DNA of 63,919 nt, the filler included. It is 10 parts of 10 records of this genome, joined end to end, with 100 filler letters (N's around TTAATTAATTAA, not from the genome) between each part and the next. Parts side by side here need not be neighbours in the genome. Positions count along the whole stretch, not along the records: positions 45,733 to 53,442 come from SRR31147125_12533; positions 53,543 to 58,743 come from SRR31147125_12538; positions 58,844 to 63,919 come from SRR31147125_12604; 7 more parts are not named here. One strand, written 5' to 3'. Positions within the stretch are counted from its first letter, which is position 1. Each line of letters opens with the position of its first letter. This document shows, one piece after another, positions 50,540 to 61,413 of this stretch. The position numbers and the translations under genes were made by a program. The notes under the pieces are model-generated. The model saw nothing but the letters and a program-made list of their open reading frames with translations, had not been told where the DNA came from and searched no databases.

Positions 50540-51952
50540 ATGACTAAAATAGGATTATACGGAATAGGATTAGATACATATTGGCCTCAATTTGAAGGTC
50601 TATATGAAAGATTAATTGGGTATCAGGCAACAATAAAAAATAGGATGGAGACTTTCGGTGTTGAGGTAATTGATACCGGTTTAGTTGATAATCCTAAAAG
50701 TGCAAAGAAGGCTGCATTGAAAATGAAGCAGGAAGATGTTGATATTGTTTTCATGTTTGTGTCAACTTATGCACTTTCTTCAACAGTTTTACCTGTTGCT
50801 CAAATTGTAAAAGCACCTGTTATAATTCTGAATTTGCAACCTGTACCGGCTATAAACTATAAAGAGTTTAATCAGCTTGGCGATAGAGGTAAAATGACAG
50901 GTGAGTGGTTAGGTTACTGTCAGGCATGTTCAGCGCCCGAAATAGCTAATGTGTTTAACAGGGCTAACATTGATTATGACTTGGTTACCGGTTTTCTTGA
51001 TGATGAAATTGCATGGAAAGAAATTGAAGCATGGATTTCAGCTGCGAAAGTAAAGCGCACGATGGCTCATAATAGGTTAGGTATTCTAGGTAATTATTAT
51101 AATGGTATGCTTGATGTATATACTGATTTAACACAACAATCTGCTGTTTTTGGAACGCATATTGAAATTGTGGAAATGTGTGAGGTTGATAAATATCGTA
51201 GGGAAGTTACATCGGATGAGGTGAAGGTTAAGATTGATGAGTTTCATGAGGCTTTTGATGTTGTGGATGAGTGTGAAGAGTCAGAAATAGAGCGTGCTGC
51301 TAAAACATCACTGGCTTTGGATAAATTGATAGATGCACATGAGCTTGGTTCAATGGCCTACTATTATGAGGGTTCTACAGGAAATGATTATGAGAATATT
51401 GTCACATCTGTTATTGCGGGAAATACCTTACTAACAGGACGAAATATTCCTGTAGCAGGAGAGTGTGAAGTGAAGAATGCCCAAGCGATGAAGATTATGG
51501 ATGCTTTTGGAGCTGGTGGTTCTTTTTCTGAGTTCTATGCTATGGATTTTGATGATGATATTGTAATGTTGGGACATGATGGACCTGCTCATTTCAAAAT
51601 TGCAGAGGGGCGAGTAAAGTTGGTTCCACTTCCGGTTTATCATGGTAAGCCGGGAAAAGGGCTTTCTATACAGATGACTGTGGCACATGGAGCGGTAACT
51701 CTGCTTTCTGTTGTTGATGGTAAAGATGGCCTCTTTTTATTAGTTGCCGAAGGAGAGTCTGTTCCTGGACCAATATTAGAAATAGGTAATACCAATAGCC
51801 GTTATCGTTTTTCAATAGGTGCTCGTGAATTTATGAATCGTTGGTCTAAACATGGGCCTTCACATCATTGCGCAATTGGAGTTGGTCATATCGGTTATAA
51901 ACTGGATAAGCTAGGTAAATTATTAGGTATCCCTGTTGTACAGATTTGCTAA
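50540..51952 (+). CDS. L-fucose/L-arabinose isomerase family protein
   Basis: IPVAGECE, GSFSEF, LGHDGP, C-terminal GPSHHCAIGVGH. Confidence 0.85.
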   Translation: MTKIGLYGIGLDTYWPQFEGLYERLIGYQATIKNRMETFGVEVIDTGLVDNPKSAKKAALKMKQEDVDIVFMFVSTYALSSTVLPVAQIVKAPVIILNLQPVPAINYKEFNQLGDRGKMTGEWLGYCQACSAPEIANVFNRANIDYDLVTGFLDDEIAWKEIEAWISAAKVKRTMAHNRLGILGNYYNGMLDVYTDLTQQSAVFGTHIEIVEMCEVDKYRREVTSDEVKVKIDEFHEAFDVVDECEESEIERAAKTSLALDKLIDAHELGSMAYYYEGSTGNDYENIVTSVIAGNTLLTGRNIPVAGECEVKNAQAMKIMDAFGAGGSFSEFYAMDFDDDIVMLGHDGPAHFKIAEGRVKLVPLPVYHGKPGKGLSIQMTVAHGAVTLLSVVDGKDGLFLLVAEGESVPGPILEIGNTNSRYRFSIGAREFMNRWSKHGPSHHCAIGVGHIGYKLDKLGKLLGIPVVQIC

Positions 51953-52026
51953 ACAATACCCTGCTTTTGAGATAATTAATATTATCTGGTAAAAGAGATT
52001 TTTCGAATATTGACATTAATCAAAAA

Positions 52027-53442
52027 ATGATGAAATCACAAGGTAAAAATAGAAACCGATATTTATTTGTTTTAGGAATTGCTTTGCTGACTTTCCAATT
52101 AGCCTGTGTACCCAAAGCTTCATACTTAGAGCAAGAGGTTTCTCTTGATGAAATGGAAAGTCAATTTGTTAGTCCTCCCGATTCAGTTAAGCCATGGGTA
52201 TTTTGGCAATGGATGAATGGTAATATAACTAAAGAAGGAATCACTCTGGATTTAGAAGCCATGAAAAGGATGGGAATTGGAGGTGCCTTATGTTTTAATA
52301 ATGCAGTAGGTATACCAAGAGGCCCTGTTGATTATGCTTCAGAGGAGTGGTTTGAGATGACGGAGTTTGCAGTAAAAGAAGCACAACGATTAGGATTGAA
52401 AATAATGCTTCATAATTCACCGGGATACTCCGGAACTGGGGGGCCATGGGTCACACCTGAAATGAGCATGCAGGAACTTACCTGGGTAGAGGTGCAAAAT
52501 GTTAGTGGAACAAATATTGATATAAAGTTGCCTCAACCTCATGCACGCATGAATTATTATAAAGATGCATATGTGTTGGCATATCCTTCATTATCTTCTG
52601 AGAAAGGTTTAATGAGAGATGAGTTAGCTTCGTTATCCGTTAATGGAAGGGCAGTTGAGACATCCTTATTGACAGATTATAATCCGGAAACAAAAATAAG
52701 GTTAGAAAGAGAAGGTGAACCCAATGAAGTGGTGTTTAGGTTTGCAAAAGAATTTGACGCACAATCCATAACAGTATTCCGAACTGAAAATGAAGAACCA
52801 CGTGACCTCTTCGATGGACCACGAGACCATCCTCCTCACCTTATACTAATGAGTTCAGCGGATGGTTTGAATTATACAAAAATTGCAGAATGGGGTATGC
52901 CTCAACTTAGAGAAGGAAATACTCCAGGTATGCAAAATTTTAAACCTGTAAAGGCTAAGTTTTTCAAACTAGTAGCTTCTTCTCCTACCTGGATTTCAGA
53001 AGTGGAATTGCATTCAGCGCCAAGATTAGAAGGTTGGCCAGGTAAAGCAGATTTTACACATGGAAACTATGGAGGTACTGCTGCTGATATATCAGACAAA
53101 GATATTATTAAATCAACATCGGTTATTGATGTAACCAAGTTCATGAATGATGAGGGAATCCTGAAATGGAAGGCTCCTACAAATGAAGCATGGACAATAG
53201 TTCGTATTGGACATACAACTACCGGTGAAGAAAATGCAGCTCACCCCGATGCAGGCAAAGGACTTGAGATTGACAAACTAAATCGTTCAGCTTTAGATTT
53301 TCAATTTGAAAAGTTTAATTCTATAGTTGTGGAGCGTTTAAAACCTTATACACGTAAGAGTTTCTTTGGCTTTACTACCGACAGCTGGGAGTGTGGAAAA
53401 CAGAATTGGTCTGTGGTGTTACCAGAGGCTTTCAAGAAAAAA
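52027..53442 (+). CDS. GH106 alpha-L-rhamnosidase-like protein, N-terminal part (contig edge)
   Basis: PWVFWQWMNGNITKEGITLDLEAM, GGPWVTPE.SMQ, GLEIDKL, TDSWE. Confidence 0.9.
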
Positions 53443-53542
53443 NNNNNNNNNNNNNNNNNNNNNNNNNNNNNNNNNNNNNNNNNNNNTTAATTAATTAANN
53501 NNNNNNNNNNNNNNNNNNNNNNNNNNNNNNNNNNNNNNNNNN

Positions 53543-54259
53543 AGTAGTTGCCTGAACTTCAGGTAGTTCACCGTTTCTTTTCTGTTCAAGAGATTCTGTA
53601 GCATTATATAGTGCACGCTTTATAATAGGATGATTGGAGCCTGCTATCATAGGTGTAGTATTAAAGTAATAAATCCAGTTTAGATTGACTGTCTCTGTAT
53701 TAACAAAGTCTGAAGGTGAAACCATTTGAGCAGTTACTATATCATAGCAAAATGGTTGAAGCTTCAACCTTCCATCAGTAAAAAGATTATCAATTCCCTC
53801 ACCGTGATAGACATCGTCTGCATCAATATAAAAGCCACCCATTACATAAATGTAGCTGTAACGGAAATAATCCGACTTCATAGAAGGATGATAGCACTTG
53901 TTAAAAGCATTTTCATATCTTGAACCTAAATGATCTCGTATAAATTCTCTTGCGGAGTTTTCATCGAAAACCTGAAGTTCGAATCCTGACTGTTCGAGTA
54001 TCTTCCATGATTCCATGCACTCCTTGACATCTAAAGGTAATCGATCAAGGTCATCCCAAAACTGCACAATGCGTTTAGGAGTTGTCTCTATGTTTGTAAA
54101 TGATACTTGAAGTGGTTTTTTATATTGGGATTGAACCAACTCTCGCACAAAATTTGACCGATTACGTTCGTTTATTGTCAAGAGATCTGTATCACTGTAT
54201 TCGGGACTATTCACAAGGTTATTCACTTTCTGAGTGCCTCCAATGGTATTTTCACTCAA
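53543..54259 (-). CDS. DXD glycosyltransferase (GT32/Gly_transf_sug, TcdA/B-catalytic-like); C-terminus cut by the contig edge
   Basis: PKRIVQFW...CMESW...SDYFRY.YIY..GGFYIDAD...HPII..A; no signal peptide or TM segment. Confidence 0.85.
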
Positions 54260-54427
54260 GTCTTTAGTTATTATTAAATCTTCTTACTAGTAGGCATAAC
54301 ATTTGGCTATACATATCTCTTCACTCCAAGTTCCGCTTTTTACCTATTCTAATGATGGAATGTATATTGCAATACCCACCTTTAAAGTTTGGTTTATAAA
54401 CCAGTATCATAATTGTTTGAGAATTAT

Positions 54428-56449
54428 TCATCTTACTCGATTAAATATTTTTTTAATATTTTCAGAAAAGCCTGATACATCATCAATGTATAATACTCGT
54501 AAGTTTTTTATTGCTCTAGAACATGCTACATAAAGCAAATTACGAGCCGCTATATTTGCATCATGGTTATCAAAGTTTTGGAAAAAGCTATTAAAGTAGT
54601 TAGAATATATACCAAATCTATTTCCCATTATTATTGCTACGTTATTGAACTCTAATCCTTTTGTTCCATGGTATGTTAGATAAACTATATCTTTATCATC
54701 CCATTTTCGCAAAATATAGTTTGCCCACTTTACTAACTCAGCTATAGAACAATTCAACAAGTTTTCAATACTATCATTAGTTTCTTCTCGCCTTTCCTCG
54801 CTGCCTACTAATTCATTTGCTAGGTATTGCGTGAAGTCAGACAAAGAAGATATATCAACATCAAAAAGTTCACCCAAGAGCAATTTATAGTGATAAGAAA
54901 CTGAATCTTCAGAATCCTTGGAAAGCAATACTTCGATATATTCTCCAAGTGTACTTCCACAGATTCCTAATAATTCTTTAGATAAAGATCGTAGTTGCAG
55001 AAAGTTTACCTTAGCATAAACATCCTTTGAAATAAGCGTTTCATTCAATGATGTTTTATTGTTTTTTACACATAAATACAGATATATAATCTTATATACC
55101 TGCAACTGCGCTGCTCCAAGTTTTGTTAAATCGTCATTTAGCGTCTCCGTAGTTATCTGTTGATAGCCTAATCCCACCTTATATCTACCACAATTCTTAA
55201 AGCTATTATATACATTTGCAAATCCCGAATAATTTGCTACAGTTTCATTGGTCAATACAAAACAATATAGTTTATTATCTTTAGTAATACCCCAATCACT
55301 TTTACATTTACCAATAAATGAAACAATGTCATCACCCTGATAAAACTCTACTAAACCACCAGTACAGTCATCATAAATGGATATTTGCTCAATTTCATCA
55401 TCGCGAATTTTATTTATGGTAGTAATTATTTCTTGTGTTGATCTTCTATTAAATGGTTTATCAACTATTTCAAACATCGATTCATATTCAAATACTTTTA
55501 CATCAGCACCTGTATTATATATGTTTTGTGATTTGTCTCCATAAAAGCTTACAAAAAAATCATGTTTTATTTTTCTCGAATGCTGCATTAGCAAAATCAA
55601 TATTTCTATAACATAGGGATTAGTGTCCTGATACTCATCTACTAATAGATACGGATACTGGTCAACTATTATCTTTTTTAATATATCATATTCTTTAATT
55701 ATTTTATGTCCATACTCAAGCAAAGTATCATGGCTTATTTTCATTTTATCTAGTCTATCTAAATTATAATTATCAGTATATTCTACTTCCCTATATCCTT
55801 CTTTCTTTTCTTCAATATTCTCAACGGCTATATTATATCTATCTAACTTAAATAATGTATCAACCGTTTTCTTAAATCTATCCACGCTTTTTATGATATC
55901 TTTAAATTTATCTACCTTTTCACTAAATGCTTCCCTGAACTTGGTTGCACCTTGATTTCGAACACTATAATATAAATCTTTTTCTTTATTAACAACGCTA
56001 TAAAACTCATTCTTCTCATCAAGATTTAAATTGCGATATTCTTTGCATTTATCACTCTCCAGAACTTTTTTAAATTCAACTATATCCTCAAGCAATTTAT
56101 CTTTATGTATTTGTATAAGCTCTTTCTTTTTATAGCGTTTTATAATATCCCATATCCTTGTGTGTATTGTTGAAACTAGAACTAAATCAGAGCTTCCCAA
56201 TCTATCTTTAACTTCAAGCGTTGCAACATTGGTATATGTAATACAAACAATTTTTTGATTATGATTCTGTAGCTGCTTTCCATAAATATTTATTATATAT
56301 TTCAAGCTTTCAATCAGCGCATAAGTCTTGCCTGACCCTGCCCCTGAATTAAATATGAAACTCTTCTTCTCATCAATTAGATAATTGATATATTTCTGAA
56401 TTCGATCTTCTTTTCTTTTATTTTCAGGAGAAATCTGCGTAAGACACAT
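54428..56449 (-). CDS. gajB: UvrD-family SF1 helicase (Gabija GajB-like)
   Basis: SGAGSGKT, CITYTNVA, STIH, VDEYQD, GDKSQNIY, YHGTKGLEF, LLYVACSRA; starts 1 nt after the OLD nuclease stop. Confidence 0.85.
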   Translation of the reverse strand: MCLTQISPENKRKEDRIQKYINYLIDEKKSFIFNSGAGSGKTYALIESLKYIINIYGKQLQNHNQKIVCITYTNVATLEVKDRLGSSDLVLVSTIHTRIWDIIKRYKKKELIQIHKDKLLEDIVEFKKVLESDKCKEYRNLNLDEKNEFYSVVNKEKDLYYSVRNQGATKFREAFSEKVDKFKDIIKSVDRFKKTVDTLFKLDRYNIAVENIEEKKEGYREVEYTDNYNLDRLDKMKISHDTLLEYGHKIIKEYDILKKIIVDQYPYLLVDEYQDTNPYVIEILILLMQHSRKIKHDFFVSFYGDKSQNIYNTGADVKVFEYESMFEIVDKPFNRRSTQEIITTINKIRDDEIEQISIYDDCTGGLVEFYQGDDIVSFIGKCKSDWGITKDNKLYCFVLTNETVANYSGFANVYNSFKNCGRYKVGLGYQQITTETLNDDLTKLGAAQLQVYKIIYLYLCVKNNKTSLNETLISKDVYAKVNFLQLRSLSKELLGICGSTLGEYIEVLLSKDSEDSVSYHYKLLLGELFDVDISSLSDFTQYLANELVGSEERREETNDSIENLLNCSIAELVKWANYILRKWDDKDIVYLTYHGTKGLEFNNVAIIMGNRFGIYSNYFNSFFQNFDNHDANIAARNLLYVACSRAIKNLRVLYIDDVSGFSENIKKIFNRVR

Positions 56450-56450
56450 T

Positions 56451-58572
56451 TTAATTATTCTCCTTAATATTTATAAGAAGCCATTTCAATCCTTCTTGAA
56501 TATAGTTTGGAACAATTAAATCATCATCTGAATCAGATTTATTAATAATGCTATATAAAAGTGTATTTGCAAAATCACTTTTGCTATCACTAAGTTTTAC
56601 TTGCAGTTTATAAGATTTTTCTTTAATGTTTAATAAATTTTCCGGTTTGCCCACTATGTTTTTATAGATTCTTGGCTTAACCTTTTTTAATGCTGTTATT
56701 AATAGGTTATTACTATAATTTGTTAAGATTAATGATTCTTCGAAGCTTGTAGGATAATATTCCTCAATTATATTTTGATATGCAATATATAAATTGCCAT
56801 CTTGCAAGAAAGAAGATATGTTTTCTATTTTCTTCCTTTTGTATCTTCTTTACTTTTTTTATTATACTTGCGAATAGTTTTGTTTGTAGTAATCCTATTT
56901 TCTAAAGTTGTTACTTGCCTAAAAATATTCTGCTCTTTGGCTTCACTAATTTCTATTTCAGTTCTTTGAATATCTAAATCAGTTATCACTAAGCACGGAA
57001 TTTTCAATAATTTTATCAAATTATGATATACTAGTCCGTGGGCTCCATCTATATTAAATATCGTTATATAATATTTACTTAATTCAGGATCATTATCAAT
57101 ATAATTTTTCAAAAATGTTTCTTCAGTAATTCCTTCAACAAAAATAACAGCATCAGCAAAAAACAAGTCAGAAGCTTTAAATTTAATATGTTTCTTTAAA
57201 AACTTCAAATCACCAAGATCTGTCTCTTGAGATGGATTTACTATTTTATCTGTTAAAACAACAGCATTTGCATACCCTTTTTTGCTAGTTATATAATTAA
57301 TGTTATCAAATGAATTTCCATTATGAATTGTGCTGTTTAAAATATGGGATGAGTGAGTTGTAATAATTAACTGTGTATTTATATACTTTTTTCGGCTTTC
57401 TAAAGAAAGTCAACAGCTTCATTTATATTGTTTATAAAGACTTCCTGCATTTGGGGATGCATATATGTTTCTGGTTCTTCTATTGAAATCAAATTAACTT
57501 TACTATTAAATGCCGAATCTCCATAATGCTCCATATAATCTATCAACTCAGCAATAATTGTTACCATGTTAGTATATCCTAATCCAAATTGATTTTCTGG
57601 TATTCTATTATCTCCATCAATATACTCATACTTTATTAAGTCCTTAAATAACCTCAAAAAACTCAAGTCTGATCTTAATAATACATTTAATTTCTCTGTA
57701 GAAATTATTTTACCTAAAGATTTATTAAGATCATCACTATGCTTCTCTTTAATAATTCCATCTAAATCAACATTCATCTCCACTATTTTCTTATCAAGAT
57801 TTATTCTTTCATCACCTTTAATTATTTCTTTATATCTGTACTCTATTATCTTACAAAAAGCATCTGAAAGAGAACTTTCGTTCTTTACTTTAATAGCATT
57901 CACAGGTTTAAGTTCAATTAAATCACCAATTTTAAAATTAACTACTTTATCTCCATTCACATCATAATAGTTCAAGTCAAATTTGCTTTCATCTATAATT
58001 TCTAAATACTTAGTAAGAATAACATCTTCATTAAATGCTTCATAATTGCTAATTACTTTAAGCAAATCATCTTTTAATTCCTGCGCTTCTCTAACTTCAT
58101 ATTTTACACTTATCTCTATTTCTGAATTATCAAGTGAATTTAGAGACATAAATGGGATATAATTTGTTACAAGATCATCAGAACCATCATCAAGTCCAAT
58201 AATTATTTTAACTTCAATGCTTGGTGCATTATAATCCTCTGTGTTCTCTTTAAGGTTGGTTAGATTTCTCTTCAAATATTTCATGTTAAAATCAAATGCT
58301 CTAAAGGTTGAGGGATTATTTATGATTTTATTCAAAATTGAAGTGATTGTAGATTTGCCAGCGTTATTTTTCCCTACAATTAGAGTAGCTGTAGTAGAAA
58401 TGTTTATAGCTTTATTTTCCTGTGTTGCTTCACTATCCTGCGTTGTTTCGCTTGATAATGGAACTACTCTCGCTTTATTTTGATTGTAAGTACGAGAATC
58501 AATGAAACTCACTTTATTGTTCTCTTCACCAAATTTTCTGTAATTTTTAATAACTAGTTTTTTAAGGTGCAC
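56451..58572 (-). CDS. gajA: OLD-family ABC-ATPase plus TOPRIM nuclease (Gabija GajA-like); apparent frameshifts near 57402 and 56830
   Basis: SD GGAGG and GTG at 58572 (VHLKKLVIKNYRKF). GKNNAGKS, GLGYTN, IEEPETYMHPQ; IITTHS in the shifted frame at 57400-57209; VIFVEGITE, ITDLD, TSFEES, KSDFA. Confidence 0.87.
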
Positions 58573-58843
58573 ACTAACCTCCGCTATCAATAACGATTTT
58601 ATATATAGGAAATTAACGAATTTTTTCCTATCTAATATACTAAGTTGTATGAAAGTATTTGAACAAACAATAATAATATACTCTGTCTTTAAGAGCTCTA
58701 CATTATAGACATTATATACCATTATTAGAAGAATGAACAGGTTNNNNNNNNNNNNNNNNNNNNNNNNNNNNNNNNNNNNNNNNNNNNTTAATTAATTAAN
58801 NNNNNNNNNNNNNNNNNNNNNNNNNNNNNNNNNNNNNNNNNNN

Positions 58844-59611
58844 GGAGAGCTCGACCCGCTCAAGATGATTGATTTCAGCAAGTGGGAGATGGGCAAAGGG
58901 TTGACTATGCTTCTCGTCTTCTGCCTGATTATCGGTGTAGCCGGCACATTCACCGAGATGAATATGCCTGGTTTTGGCGTAGCCGGAGCTATAGGGCTTA
59001 TAGGTTTTGCCTCATTCTTCAGCATCCTCTTCCTCCACGAACGGGCAACTATCTTTGAGATAAGCCTCTTTGTCATCGGTATAATTCTTTTAATTGTGGA
59101 GATTGTAATCATCCCCGGCTTCGGCGTCGCAGGCATACTCGGCCTGGGCTGCCTCTTCGGCGGACTACTCTTCTCACTGATGCCGGCACTCGGCACAAAT
59201 TATATGGAAGCAAATCTAGGGAGTGAAATCATGTTTGCACTTATCATAACCTGTAGTGTCATATTTGTAGGCGGAGTCCTGGTACTCTTTATTATGGAAC
59301 GAGGCAGCAAATCCCGCCTCTGCCGCTTCCTCTTTCTGGACAGGAAACTTCCTGACGGCAAGGCTGCTCTGAAAAAAGCCCGCAAGATTGACGAAGAAGT
59401 TCAAAAAGAGCAGACAAACCTCCACCAGAACTATCTCGGCAAAAAAGGCGTCGCCACCACAACCCTCAGACCATCCGGCAAAGTCAAGCTGGAGACAGGA
59501 GAGACTATCGATGTCGTTACTGATGGAGGCTTTATTGACAAAGGAGCCGAAGTAATTGTCGAATCCGTCAACATGAACAGAGTCGTTGTCACAATCATAA
59601 ATAAAGACTGA
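58844..59611 (+). CDS. nfeD: NfeD-family membrane protein, C-terminal part (contig edge)
   Basis: EMNMPGFGVAG, EIVIIPGFGVAG, GKKGVATTTLRPSG; upstream of floA. Confidence 0.88.
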   Translation, partial: GELDPLKMIDFSKWEMGKGLTMLLVFCLIIGVAGTFTEMNMPGFGVAGAIGLIGFASFFSILFLHERATIFEISLFVIGIILLIVEIVIIPGFGVAGILGLGCLFGGLLFSLMPALGTNYMEANLGSEIMFALIITCSVIFVGGVLVLFIMERGSKSRLCRFLFLDRKLPDGKAALKKARKIDEEVQKEQTNLHQNYLGKKGVATTTLRPSGKVKLETGETIDVVTDGGFIDKGAEVIVESVNMNRVVVTIINKD

Positions 59612-59671
59612 ACAGAATAATATTTTTGAGTTACAGGTATATCTTTTTATAACCGGATTTAGGAGAAAAAC

Positions 59672-60769
59672 ATGAACGCCAGCTCACCATTTCTTGTAGG
59701 GATTCCCCTCTTAATTATTGCTGTAATAGGTTTAGTAATCTTCGGCATGCTCCTGATGTATGGTCGACTCTATATTCAGGCACGCTCCAGTGGCGTCCAC
59801 GTAGGCCTCTTCTCACTCTTTGCCATGACACTGCGTAAAGTCAATCCGGGTGTTATTGTCAACTCCCTGATTATGGCACAAAAAGCAGGGGTTGATCTTG
59901 AACGAGAATTTCTGGAAAGTCATTATCTGGCTCGTGGTAATGTGCCGATTCTTGTACAATCCCTTGTCACAGCCCAGCAGGCCGGACTTGATATCAGTGA
60001 AGAAGCACTCGGTGCTCACCTCCTAGCCGGCGGTGATGTAAAGCATATCGTCAGAGCCATGGTTGCTGCTGCCAAAGCACACATCCAGCTCTCATTCGAT
60101 CAGGCATGCTCAATCGACCTTGCAGGTCGTGATATAGTAGATGCGGTAAACACCTCTGTAGACCCTCGAGTTATCGACTGCCCAAGCCACTCTTCAGGCA
60201 AGTCAACACTCGACGCTGTCGCACAGGACGGCATTCAGCTCAAAGCTCGTGCCCGTGTTACAGTCCGCACCTGTATCGAGAGACTTGTCGGTGGTGCAAC
60301 AGATGACACCATTATCGCTCGTGTTGGTGAAGGTATTGTCTCTGCAATCGGCTCGTCAAAGAACTATACCTCAGTCCTTGAGAATCCAGACATGATCTCT
60401 AAAGCTGTACTATCTAAAGGTCTTGATGCAGGTACAGCATTTGAGATTCTCTCTATTGATATTGCGGATATCGATGTCGGTAATAATGTCGGGGCAAAGC
60501 TGGATATCGAGAGAGCAGACGCACGAAAACAGGTTGCACAGGCAGATGCTGAAAAACGAGCTGCAGAAGCCCGAGCAGAACAGGCTCAACAAGAAGCCAA
60601 AATCTCAGAGATGCGCGCAAAAGTTGTCGAAGCCGAAGCAGAGATTCCTTTGGCTATGGCAGAAGCCTTCCGCAGCGGCCACCTCGGTATTATGGATTAT
60701 TATAAGATGCAGAATATTCAGGCAGACACCACTATGCGTGACTCTATAGGAAACAGCGAAAATGAATAA
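59672..60769 (+). CDS. floA: Flotillin-like protein FloA (YqfA)
   Basis: [67 protein letters not shown]. Confidence 0.93.
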   Translation: MNASSPFLVGIPLLIIAVIGLVIFGMLLMYGRLYIQARSSGVHVGLFSLFAMTLRKVNPGVIVNSLIMAQKAGVDLEREFLESHYLARGNVPILVQSLVTAQQAGLDISEEALGAHLLAGGDVKHIVRAMVAAAKAHIQLSFDQACSIDLAGRDIVDAVNTSVDPRVIDCPSHSSGKSTLDAVAQDGIQLKARARVTVRTCIERLVGGATDDTIIARVGEGIVSAIGSSKNYTSVLENPDMISKAVLSKGLDAGTAFEILSIDIADIDVGNNVGAKLDIERADARKQVAQADAEKRAAEARAEQAQQEAKISEMRAKVVEAEAEIPLAMAEAFRSGHLGIMDYYKMQNIQADTTMRDSIGNSENE

Positions 60770-61307
60770 TCATAATCCTGATCCGTTTGACTTCCTCGGC
60801 AAGATGAAGGAGAAGGGAATCCTCAAAAACAGGCAGAAGAAAGAGAGTAAAGCCGGAGGCGGAGGTCTAGGCGGTATCCTCCAGAAACTCTTCGACGAAA
60901 TTGCCGAAGCTGAAAATCGGGTAGAATCAGCAGAGCATGAGCATGCTCCGCCACCACCGCCACCACAGAAAAAACGGAAAGCGCAAAAGCAAAGCTCTGC
61001 GCAGGCATCTCAGGCGAGAAACAAAGAAAGACCTGAAACAACCGGCGAGAAGCAGAGAAAAGAAAAAGCTGCTCAAGAGCGTCAGCATGCACAGGAGAGA
61101 GGACAACGGGAAGCTGCAGCATTTTCCTCTCAGCAGGCACAGGCGAAAAAAGCAGCAGCGAATACCAGAGAGTTCGATCTCGGCTCACTTGACGCAGCGC
61201 CAAAGCATAAGAACTATTATGCCGGTCTGCTCCATAAAAACAAAAGAAGCGTAAAAGATGCTTTTGTCTTCTCGGAGATATTCTCAAAGCCTCACAGTCT
61301 ACGCTGA
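60762..61307 (+). CDS. YqfB-like low-complexity protein (third gene of the nfeD-floA operon)
   Basis: Overlaps floA; C-terminal [16 protein letters not shown]. Confidence 0.65.
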   Translation: MNNHNPDPFDFLGKMKEKGILKNRQKKESKAGGGGLGGILQKLFDEIAEAENRVESAEHEHAPPPPPPQKKRKAQKQSSAQASQARNKERPETTGEKQRKEKAAQERQHAQERGQREAAAFSSQQAQAKKAAANTREFDLGSLDAAPKHKNYYAGLLHKNKRSVKDAFVFSEIFSKPHSLR

Positions 61308-61348
61308 TACGGCAGCAGAATTACTCTAAAATTTACTTGAGACACTGC

Positions 61349-61377
61349 AAGGGCTGCTCTATAATAGAGCAGCCCTT
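61349..61377. terminator. Near-perfect 29-bp palindrome after the floA operon (terminator or operator)
   Basis: AAGGGCTGCTCTAT-A-ATAGAGCAGCCCTT; only a weak T-tail. Confidence 0.5.
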
Positions 61378-61413
61378 AATATTATCCAGATTACAGAAAG
61401 TTACATAAAATTT

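Noticed and set aside
9392..58843. TTAATTAATTAA motif recurring nine times inside N runs, and apparent gene neighbourhoods across these runs
   Set aside because: Artificial concatenation linkers. ORFs containing X and any cross-linker synteny are not biological.
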